From assembly GCA_036338595.1 (NCBI GenBank), contig JAYZBV010000032.1, positions 1 through 11,134 of the forward strand: a stretch of DNA of 11,134 nt. Reading direction: 5' to 3'. The notes under the pieces were generated by a model. The model was given only the letters and a program-made list of their open reading frames with translations. It was not told where the DNA came from and searched no databases. This DNA is from Planctomycetota bacterium. GTDB lineage: Bacteria; Planctomycetota; UBA8108; UBA1146. Of the stretch, positions 1 through 7,195 are shown in pieces (the first letter of the stretch is position 1; the number at the start of each line of letters is the position of its first letter). Position numbers and translations under genes: made by a program.

Positions 1-441
1 GGCATAGGGCCACGCGAAAGCGCCACTGAAGGTGACCATCGAGGTGAGTCCGAGATGCTGACTTGCCTTGAGGCAGTTTTTGACCTGTTCGATGGCCCAC
101 TCGGTGCGTGCGGTCGGATTGCCTTTTACCTCGTCGGCAGCAAAACCATCGGACACGATGTCGTAGGCCGGATGCACTGCTACCAGTTGACCCTGGAGGT
201 GACTCGAGAGTTCGGTGACCGCCATCCCCTTCTGTTCGAGCTGACCCTTCCAGTCCTGACAGTACTGGGCAGAGGAAGCGGCCTCTTTGAGATCGATGCA
301 CCGAGAATCCCAGGTCGGGATCTGGACACCGATGTAGCCCAGGTCCCGGCACCAGTCGGTGATGGTGTCGAGGTTGTTGAAGGGAGCCTCATCTCCCATG
401 TATTGCGCCAGAAATAGGGCGGGTCCCTGGATGGACGCCAC
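1..441 (-). CDS. Sugar phosphate isomerase/epimerase, xylose-isomerase-like TIM barrel (AP endonuclease 2 / IolE-like); N-terminal 147 codons, truncated by the window edge
   Basis: Not in the ORF track because there is no stop in the window. Manual minus-strand translation from GTG at 441 (GGAGGT RBS just upstream) is open to position 1: MASIQGPALFLAQYMGDEAPFNNLDTITDWCRDLGYIGVQIPTWDSRCIDL...TELSSHLQGQLVAVHPAYD...TFSGAFAWPYA. The GPAxFLAQ, GYxGVQIPTW and HLQGQLVAVHPAYD blocks are typical of this family as I recall it. Confidence 0.8.
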   Translation of the reverse strand, partial: MASIQGPALFLAQYMGDEAPFNNLDTITDWCRDLGYIGVQIPTWDSRCIDLKEAASSAQYCQDWKGQLEQKGMAVTELSSHLQGQLVAVHPAYDIVSDGFAADEVKGNPTARTEWAIEQVKNCLKASQHLGLTSMVTFSGAFAWPYA

Positions 442-502
442 GGGTCACCTCCTCAGGTCAAGATCTACTGCGGGGCCAGGGGGGCTGCCCCTGGAAGAGA
501 TC

Positions 503-531
503 AGATTCGACGCGGGAGTCGAAGGTGTCAA
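503..531 (-). promoter_or_regulatory. Putative sigma70-type promoter for the isomerase/epimerase gene, with an overlapping palindrome
   Basis: On the minus strand a perfect TTGACA (531-526) is followed by a 17-nt spacer and GAATCT (508-503; weak -10 keeping the conserved A and final T). The inverted repeat TTCGAC-N6-GTCGAA (506-523) covers the spacer and -10. Confidence 0.45.
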
Positions 532-646
532 GTATCAGCAAGGGACCGACTTGTGAAGAGCGGTTCCGGCGGTGATGTTGCCGGGGACGGAACTCCCCTG
601 GAGGGCCGGGAATCTGGGGTCTGAAAGGCTCGAGGAGGGTGCTGGA

Positions 647-1414
647 TTGCGAATTCTGCTGTTCATTCCCTGTTTGGCGGATCAGTTCGCCCCCAGCGCT
701 GCCGAGGCGACAGCGGTATTTCTGGAGCATCTTGGTTGTGAGGTGATCTATCCGGCGGACCAGACCTGTTGTGGTCAGGCCCACCGAAATTCCGGGGCCA
801 CGGAGACAGCACGTCGGTTGATTGTGCGCATGGCGGAGATCTTCGAGGGGGAAGATCCGATCGTGACTCCCTCTGGATCGTGCGCTGCCATGGTCCGGCG
901 ACATGCAGTCGAACTCTTCTCGTCGGCAGATCCGGTGCCCGATACGGTCAGGTCGATGGTCAGCAGGACCCACGAACTGGTCGAGTTCATCGAAAACGAA
1001 CTCGGGCTTGCTCCCGATGAGATCGTTGGGGATGCAGGAGCTGCACCTCCCGTTGTGGCCTGGCATCCGACCTGCCACCTGCGCGAGATCGATCGATTCG
1101 AGGCTTCAGGACGTTTTCTCGATTCGGTTCCTGGGCTCGAGGTGAGAAGACTTCGTCAGCAGGAGCAGTGCTGCGGTTTCGGTGGCACCTTCGCCAGCAA
1201 GTTCGGCACCATCTCCGGAGCACTGGCGGAGGATCGCTGCAGTGCACTGGTGGACAGCGCAGCACCGGCTCTGATCTGCAATGACACCGGTTGCACCATG
1301 AACATCGAAGGAAGGCTGTCGCGGCGAGATTCTCCGATTCCGGTACTGCACATCAGCGAATGGTTCTGTCAGGCGCTTGGCCTCTCCTATGGCGAGGGAG
1401 GGGTCGACCAGTGA
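647..1414 (+). CDS. lutA: L-lactate utilization protein A (CCG-domain Fe-S protein, LutA/YkgE/LldE)
   Basis: Two CCG domains: FIPCLAD, QTCCGQ, TPSGSC, HPTCH, CCGFGGTF, NDTGC. Start moved from the ORF-track 572 to TTG 647, which follows GAGGAGG (632-638) and gives the family-typical N-terminus MRILLFIPCLADQF. Confidence 0.92.
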   Translation: MRILLFIPCLADQFAPSAAEATAVFLEHLGCEVIYPADQTCCGQAHRNSGATETARRLIVRMAEIFEGEDPIVTPSGSCAAMVRRHAVELFSSADPVPDTVRSMVSRTHELVEFIENELGLAPDEIVGDAGAAPPVVAWHPTCHLREIDRFEASGRFLDSVPGLEVRRLRQQEQCCGFGGTFASKFGTISGALAEDRCSALVDSAAPALICNDTGCTMNIEGRLSRRDSPIPVLHISEWFCQALGLSYGEGGVDQ

Positions 1415-2880
1415 ATCAACCGGAGATTCCCACCAGTGTCGATGGAAAGCCGATCCTCTTTCCCGGTGGCAGGTATGACATCCGTACGCGTGCAGAGGTG
1501 TTTCTGCAAGACGAGGTTCTCCAGGGGGCGGTCCGGGAGGCCACGACCCTCAAGGATCAAGCGCGCCGGGATGCCCTGGAGCAGGCCTTCGGGGATGACG
1601 TGGCGGAGATTCGCAAACTCGCTGGCGCCATCAAGCAGCACACCATCGATCATCTGGATCACTACCTCGAGCAGTGGATCGATCGGGCCGAGGCGGCCGG
1701 AACCCGGGTTCATCTGGCGACCACCGCACAGGAAGCCAACCGGATCGTGGTGGAGATCGCTCGGGAAGAACGAGTTCGTCTGTGCGTGAAGTCCAAGAGC
1801 ATGGTCACCGAGGAGACCCAGCTGGTGCCACAACTGGAAGCCGCAGGTATCGAGACGGTGGAGACCGATCTGGGCGAGTTCATCCTCCAGATCGATCACG
1901 ATGCTCCCAGTCACATCGTGATGCCGATGATTCACAAGGACCGTTCTTCCGTCGCTCGTGCCTTCGAGAAGGTGCTCGGCGCCAGGTATACCGAGGAACC
2001 GGAAGAGTTGACGGCTATCGCCAGGGATCATCTGAGAGGGAAGTACAAGGAAGCGGATCTGGGCATCTCCGGGGGCAATTTCCTGGTCGCAGAGAGTGGT
2101 TCGGTGGTGATCTGCACCAACGAAGGCAATGGTCGCTTCTGTACATCGGTTCCGAAGACTCACATCGCCGTGGTGGGGATCGAGAAACTGATTCCCGGAT
2201 TCGACGACCTGTCGGTGCTGTTACACCTGCTGGCAAGATCTGCCACCGGTCAACCGTTGACCTGTTACACCCAGATCCTCACCGGCCCGAAACAACCCCA
2301 AGAACTCGATGGCCCCGAGCAGATGCATGTTGTGCTCGTCGATGCCGGCCGAACCAAGATCCTCGCTGACCCCGAGTTCCGATCGGCGTTGCATTGCATC
2401 CGTTGTGGCGCCTGTCTCAACGCATGCCCTGTCTACCGCAAGGTGACCGGACATGCTTACGGATCGGTGTACAGCGGTCCCATCGGTGCGGTGATCACCC
2501 CGTTGCTCTCCGGGATCGACAAGAATCAAACGCTGCCCGAGGCCTCCAGCCTGTGTGGTGCCTGTAATGAAGCCTGTCCCGTCGACATCGATCTGGCCGG
2601 GTTGCTGGTCGGTTTGCGCCGGAAGATCCGCAAGAAGAGAGGTTCCTGGCTCGAGCGAGTGGCGTTGAGCCTGCTCGGCTTCGCCTTTTCACGCACTACC
2701 AGTTACAGAATCGCCTCGAAACTGCAGCGCTTCTTCCTGCTGTGCATCTCCGCAGGTTCTGGCACGGTTCATTCCGCTCCCGGGCCCTTCTCCGGCTGGA
2801 CAAAAGACCGCGATCTGAACTTGCCCCCACGACGAAGTTTTCGTGATCGGTGGGCCAGGAAGGGAGGGCGTGTCCGATGA
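1411..2880 (+). CDS. lutB: L-lactate utilization protein B (LUD domain plus ferredoxin-type Fe-S, LutB/YkgF/LldF)
   Basis: Motifs VKSKSMVTEE, ETDLGEFILQ, PSHIVMPMIH, TNEGNGR, CIRCGACLNACPVY, YGSVYSGPIG and SSLCGACNEACPVDI. The GTG start at 1411 overlaps the lutA TGA (GTGA), with GGAGG upstream. Confidence 0.95.
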   Translation: MNQPEIPTSVDGKPILFPGGRYDIRTRAEVFLQDEVLQGAVREATTLKDQARRDALEQAFGDDVAEIRKLAGAIKQHTIDHLDHYLEQWIDRAEAAGTRVHLATTAQEANRIVVEIAREERVRLCVKSKSMVTEETQLVPQLEAAGIETVETDLGEFILQIDHDAPSHIVMPMIHKDRSSVARAFEKVLGARYTEEPEELTAIARDHLRGKYKEADLGISGGNFLVAESGSVVICTNEGNGRFCTSVPKTHIAVVGIEKLIPGFDDLSVLLHLLARSATGQPLTCYTQILTGPKQPQELDGPEQMHVVLVDAGRTKILADPEFRSALHCIRCGACLNACPVYRKVTGHAYGSVYSGPIGAVITPLLSGIDKNQTLPEASSLCGACNEACPVDIDLAGLLVGLRRKIRKKRGSWLERVALSLLGFAFSRTTSYRIASKLQRFFLLCISAGSGTVHSAPGPFSGWTKDRDLNLPPRRSFRDRWARKGGRVR

Positions 2881-3569
2881 AGGGAACCTCCCGTGAGATT
2901 TTCCTCGAGCGAGTGAGAAGTGCGCTCGGTCGTTCTGGTCGATCGGAACCGGGTGAGTTCTCCGGCGACCGAGAAATCATCCGCCGGCCATTGCCGCAAT
3001 CCTCCGATGAGATGTCTGCCAGGATCCGTCTCTTCACCGAGCGAGCCAGCGAAGTGGGGATGCCGGTAGAACTCTGTGGTCGCGGAGACATCCCCGAGTT
3101 TCTGTTGCGCTGGATTACCGACGAAAAAATCTCGACCGTACTGCTTGGCAAGGATCCACTGTTAGGAGCTGGTCTTGCAAAGAAACTGCGGGCCGGGGGG
3201 ATCGAAATCTGCAAAAACGATGTCGGTCTCGATCAGCTCTACGATGAAGTCGATTGCGGAATCACGGTGGCCGATGCTGCGGTGGTGGCGACCGGGTCGC
3301 TGGTTGTCACATCATCCGAACGGGAACTGCGCCTCGCTTCTCTGGTTCCTCCCCGTCACCTGGTGCTGGTGCCCGTCGCACGTCTGGTCGATGATCTGCT
3401 CGATCTTGCCGGCGAGGATGGGGTGTTGGGAATGAATCGTGGATCCAGAGGTGACATCCCATCCTGTGTCACTCTGGTTACTGGGCCCTCGAAGACTGCG
3501 GATATCGAGGGAGTGCTGGTGACCGGGGTACACGGTCCGGGGACGGTCCAGATCGTGCTGGTTGAATGA
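2877..3569 (+). CDS. lutC: L-lactate utilization protein C (LUD domain, LutC/YkgG/LldG)
   Basis: Motifs SREIFLERVRSALG, GITVADAAVVATGSLV, RLASLVPPRH and LVTGPSKTADIEGVLVTGVHGP. The ATG at 2877 overlaps the lutB stop (ATGA). Confidence 0.93.
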   Translation: MKGTSREIFLERVRSALGRSGRSEPGEFSGDREIIRRPLPQSSDEMSARIRLFTERASEVGMPVELCGRGDIPEFLLRWITDEKISTVLLGKDPLLGAGLAKKLRAGGIEICKNDVGLDQLYDEVDCGITVADAAVVATGSLVVTSSERELRLASLVPPRHLVLVPVARLVDDLLDLAGEDGVLGMNRGSRGDIPSCVTLVTGPSKTADIEGVLVTGVHGPGTVQIVLVE

Positions 3570-3600
3570 CTTCTGGAGGTTTGTTCCCGTTGCCTCCCCG

Positions 3601-3629
3601 TTGCGCCCTGGTGGCTCCTTTGCCACACT
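3601..3629 (+). promoter_or_regulatory. Putative sigma70-type promoter for the POT transporter gene
   Basis: TTGCGC (3601-3606), 17-nt spacer, then CACACT (3624-3629) preceded by an extended -10 TG (3621-3622). An 8-bp hairpin follows at 3635-3656 and a GAGGAG RBS precedes ATG 3721. Confidence 0.35.
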
Positions 3630-3720
3630 CCTGAGCCGGAGGGCTTCACCTCTGGCAGGGTTCCGGGAAGACATCGTGATTTCGTTGTGACTTTCTACCG
3701 GGTGTGCGAGGAGTTGATTC

Positions 3721-5121
3721 ATGTCGTCGAAGTACCAGTCCACTCCAGTTCAGACCACCGCGATGCCCAAGGGGATCCCCTACATCATCGGTAACGAGTT
3801 CGCCGAGAGATTCAGTTTCTACGGGATGAAGGGAATCCTGGTCGTCTTCATGACCAAGTACCTCCTCGACTCTTCCGGCAACGATGCCTTCATGAGCGAG
3901 GCGAAGGCCAAGGAGGTCTACCATCTGTTCACCGCAGCCGCCTACTTCTTCCCGATTCTAGGGTCGCTGCTCTCAGATATCGTGCTCGGCAAGTACCTGA
4001 CGATCATCACCCTTTCACTGGGCTACTGTGTCGGACACGCTTGCTTGGCGGCGATGGACGTTCCGTTGACAACGTCTTTCTTCGAGCCGGAGACGTGGCT
4101 ATTCCTGGGCATGGGAGCGATCGCCATCGGTGCTGGTGGCATCAAGCCCTGCGTTTCCGCCCACGTCGGTGACCAGTTTGGAATGAAGAACCAGCACCTG
4201 GTGTCGAAGACCTTCAGCTGGTTCTATTTCTCGATCAATGTCGGGGCTTCAACCAGCATGATCCTGACCCCGCTGCTTCTGGTGCACTACGGGCCCTGGT
4301 TGGCGTTTGGTTTGCCTGGAGTGCTGATGGCCCTGGCAACCGTGTTCTTCTGGATGGGACGCAAGGTGTTTGTTCACATCCCTCCGGGAGGACTGGAGAA
4401 GTTCAAGCAGGAGAGTTTTAGCCCCGATGGGATTCGTTCGGTCCTGAATCTGATACCCCTCTTTCTCATCTTCATCGCCATGTTCTGGGCAATCTTCGAC
4501 CAGGCGGGCTCCGCCTGGGTTCTCCAGGCGCAGGATATGGATCGGAACTTCCTCGGATTCGAGTGGCTCGAGGCTCAGGTCCAGGCTGTGAATCCTGTGC
4601 TGATCCTGATCCTGATCCCGCTGTTTGCCTACGGGGTTTATCCATTCCTTGGTCGTTTCTTCAAGGTCACGCCATTGCGCAAGATCGGCATCGGGCTGTT
4701 CCTGTGTGCCGGGGCCTTCGCCATTTCAGGATGGATTCAGATGCAGATCGATGCCGGGGAGACCCCATCCATCGGCTGGCAGTTCCTCGCCTACGTCGTG
4801 CTGACCGCTGCTGAGGTGCTGGTCTCGATCACGGGGCTCGAGTTCGCCTACACCCAGGCTCCCAAGAAGATGAAGTCCTTCATCATGGGGATTTTCTTCC
4901 TCGGGGTTTCCCTCGGCAATCTCTTTGCCGCAGCTGTCAACCATTTCATCCAGAACGAGGACGGTACCGTCAGTCTTGAGGGAGCCGATTACTACTGGTT
5001 CTTCACCCAGGTGATGGGGGCCACTGCGGTGATTTACCTCATCTACTCGCGCTTCTACAAGGGCGGCTACTTTGTTCAGGGAGATGACGATGGTCAGCCT
5101 GAGGAACAGGCCGCCGCATGA
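3721..5121 (+). CDS. Proton-dependent oligopeptide transporter (POT/PTR2 family MFS, di/tripeptide permease)
   Basis: ExxERFxxYG signature ([13 protein letters not shown]), [43 protein letters not shown] and [17 protein letters not shown], with many hydrophobic helices. GAGGAG RBS upstream. Confidence 0.95.
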   Translation: MSSKYQSTPVQTTAMPKGIPYIIGNEFAERFSFYGMKGILVVFMTKYLLDSSGNDAFMSEAKAKEVYHLFTAAAYFFPILGSLLSDIVLGKYLTIITLSLGYCVGHACLAAMDVPLTTSFFEPETWLFLGMGAIAIGAGGIKPCVSAHVGDQFGMKNQHLVSKTFSWFYFSINVGASTSMILTPLLLVHYGPWLAFGLPGVLMALATVFFWMGRKVFVHIPPGGLEKFKQESFSPDGIRSVLNLIPLFLIFIAMFWAIFDQAGSAWVLQAQDMDRNFLGFEWLEAQVQAVNPVLILILIPLFAYGVYPFLGRFFKVTPLRKIGIGLFLCAGAFAISGWIQMQIDAGETPSIGWQFLAYVVLTAAEVLVSITGLEFAYTQAPKKMKSFIMGIFFLGVSLGNLFAAAVNHFIQNEDGTVSLEGADYYWFFTQVMGATAVIYLIYSRFYKGGYFVQGDDDGQPEEQAAA

Positions 5122-5975
5122 TCGAGCGGGGCAAGCAACGATTTCTTTCGATGGTGCGAGGGGGCGTTTGCTTGACCGTGCTGTGTGGAGCCGCACCCTG
5201 TCTTGCCTCTGATCTGCGCATCGAAGTCGCAGAGGAGGGCTGGGGAGATGCCTCGGTTGCCGATGTGAAAGCGGTGCTCGTTTCTGCTGCTGAGCCGCTG
5301 TGGAAGGCGGCGGGATCGCCTCAACTGCCCATCATCCGGGTCGAAGCTTCCGGGGGTCCGATCGTTCTGTTTCGTCGAGATGATGATGGTGCCATCCGGG
5401 TTCGCCTCGCCGTCCAGGGTCGGCACTGGGCGCAGATCGCCTACCAGTTCTCCCACGAGATGGGGCACATCCTGTGCGGTTTTGACGAGGATCCTGACCC
5501 GCACCACTGGCTGGAGGAGACGCTTTGTGAGGCCGCCAGTCTGTTAGTTCTCCGAAAGATGGCACGGCGCTGGAAACAGGACCCACCCTATCCCAACTGG
5601 ACCTCATATGCTCCGCACCTCGAACAGTACGTCCAGAAGTTGATCGAGAGGGGGGCACTGCCAGAGGGAGAGACCATCGATGGCTGGTACAAGAAACATC
5701 GAGTGGAAGTCAAATCGACACCGGTGAAGCGTGAACGATTACTTGTCATCGCGGTGGCATGGTTACCGTTGCTGGAAAAGGATCCTCGAGCCTGGCGCGC
5801 CGTGAGGTATCTCAATCACGGTGTGCCGGAGCCAGATGAGCCGCTGGCCGGGGCGCTCCGTCGGTGGAAATCAAACTGTCCCGAAAAGGATCGTGTCCAG
5901 GTCGACCGACTCGCCCAGATGCTTGGAATCAAAATCAAACAAGACCTCATCGCCGTTGAAGATGTCGTGGACTAG
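5118..5975 (+). CDS. Uncharacterised, probably secreted protein with a zinc-metallopeptidase motif (HEMGH...WLEE, gluzincin-like)
   Basis: ATGA overlap with the POT stop codon (alternative start ATG 5151). Signal-peptide-like segment ([16 protein letters not shown]). HExxH at 5454-5468 and WLEETLCE starting at 5508. Confidence 0.7.
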   Translation: MIERGKQRFLSMVRGGVCLTVLCGAAPCLASDLRIEVAEEGWGDASVADVKAVLVSAAEPLWKAAGSPQLPIIRVEASGGPIVLFRRDDDGAIRVRLAVQGRHWAQIAYQFSHEMGHILCGFDEDPDPHHWLEETLCEAASLLVLRKMARRWKQDPPYPNWTSYAPHLEQYVQKLIERGALPEGETIDGWYKKHRVEVKSTPVKRERLLVIAVAWLPLLEKDPRAWRAVRYLNHGVPEPDEPLAGALRRWKSNCPEKDRVQVDRLAQMLGIKIKQDLIAVEDVVD

Positions 5976-7039
5976 AGAACCGGCTGCTCGCGTGTCAATC
6001 CGACCGATTCCAGAACCGTATCGGCAATCTCCACATCGCCGACCAGGAACAGATACTCGGTATTCTTGAGGTGTGAGACTTCACCCACTTTACGACCTTG
6101 CGGATTGTGGATACCAATTTTTGCGCCCACATAACGCGGATGGCACCGGGACAGAACCGTGACCGTTCCACGTGTCGACAGTAGTTGCTCCATCTCTGCA
6201 CGATCGAGATATCCCTCGTTATTGAAGGAGACGAGCAGATAGCGACAGTCGAGAATCTCGACCAGTTGCTCCATCGCTCGCTGGATTCCTGGCTTCGAGT
6301 TGAAATCACTGCGTCGTTGTCGGCACTCGATCCTCTTGCAAGCGATGCCATAAACCTCCGGCTGGTCCCAGCGCACCAGGGTTTCCCATACATGGTAGTT
6401 GCCGAGGTACTTGTGCTGGTTGTAGGGGGGATCGAGGTAGGCGACATCGGCGGACAGGCGGGAAGCTGCTTCACGTGCTTCCAGCCGATACGCCTCGGCT
6501 TTCCCGTGTTGGCTGCGTGGTACCGGATCCGGATCCCTGAGTTGCAGCGGCTGCAGGGCACGCGCGGCCCACTTCTTGAGGAAGGCCATCTGCACTCCGA
6601 CCGTCGAGTCGACCCTGTCCGCGGCTTCCATCAGGGCAGTGAGAGCCACGCATCTCAGTTCATCGTCGAGGTCCAGTTTTTCGATCTCCTCGCGGATGCC
6701 TTCGATAATCGCACCGTTTTCCGGGGTGAAGTAGCGACTCTGGCGACAGTATGTTTCCGTGAACCAGCCATCGATGGGCTTGCTCGAGCGAAGGTGTTCC
6801 AGCACAGGGGTCACTTCGCCGAGACGCTCCTTGTCGAAAACGACGTGTGCTACTGCGAGCGTGTGTGCGTAGTGATTCCAGTCATTCAGGAACACTCGCC
6901 ATCCTGTGGCTTTCAGCGCCTTGCCAACACGGGAAGTTCCACTGAAGAGATCGATAACGCTGCGGCAGTCGGGTAGTTCTCCCAGCACGCTCTCGATGGC
7001 AGGAATCAGGATTCGTTTGGATCCGAGATACTTGATCAA
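5972..7039 (-). CDS. N6-adenine DNA methyltransferase, D12 class (alpha group), apparently orphan
   Basis: N-terminal IKYLGSKR, SAM-binding motif I DLFSGT, ND motif, and catalytic motif IV YLDPPYN, in alpha-group order. Start reassigned to TTG 7039 downstream of GGAGG (7055-7051). Confidence 0.9.
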   Translation of the reverse strand: MIKYLGSKRILIPAIESVLGELPDCRSVIDLFSGTSRVGKALKATGWRVFLNDWNHYAHTLAVAHVVFDKERLGEVTPVLEHLRSSKPIDGWFTETYCRQSRYFTPENGAIIEGIREEIEKLDLDDELRCVALTALMEAADRVDSTVGVQMAFLKKWAARALQPLQLRDPDPVPRSQHGKAEAYRLEAREAASRLSADVAYLDPPYNQHKYLGNYHVWETLVRWDQPEVYGIACKRIECRQRRSDFNSKPGIQRAMEQLVEILDCRYLLVSFNNEGYLDRAEMEQLLSTRGTVTVLSRCHPRYVGAKIGIHNPQGRKVGEVSHLKNTEYLFLVGDVEIADTVLESVGLTREQPVL

Positions 7040-7195
7040 TAGATGTCGATCCTCCCACACGTAAGAAACGGTCCAGAGCGGTGACAAATTTGGCAGATCC
7101 TGTGTGCCAGGTCAGGTATATTTAAGTTGGGTCAATTATTGTGTACTTGGGATCCACAGCCAAGCCCGCTATTTACATAGTTTTGTCGGAGGCTC

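Noticed and set aside
55..417. ORF-track + strand 120-aa ORF and the minus-strand ORF 180..392
   Set aside because: These are shadow or alternate frames of the real minus-strand isomerase gene (441..1), which has family motifs and an RBS.
572..646. N-terminal extensions of lutA, and likewise lutB from 1291, lutC from 2850 and the MTase from 7087
   Set aside because: Downstream starts have better RBSs or stop/start overlaps and match family N-termini.
2542..2580. Second LutB ferredoxin motif has Ser instead of the first Cys (SSLCGACNEACP)
   Set aside because: As I recall this is normal for the LutB/YkgF family, not a sign of degeneration.
1387..3214. Long antisense and alternate-frame ORFs over lutB/lutC, and similar ones over the POT, MTase (6185..6976) and surface-protein genes
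   Set aside because: These are typical high-GC shadow ORFs with no recognisable motifs, overlapping well-supported genes.
3570..3720. Possible cobalamin riboswitch (GCCAC, GGGAAG words) or intrinsic terminator after lutC
   Set aside because: The core riboswitch elements and their order are missing, and the hairpins lack a U-tract.
7090..7110. Sigma54 -24/-12 promoter (TGGCA on both strands)
   Set aside because: The required GC at -12 is not at the strict spacing on either strand (off by 2 nt).
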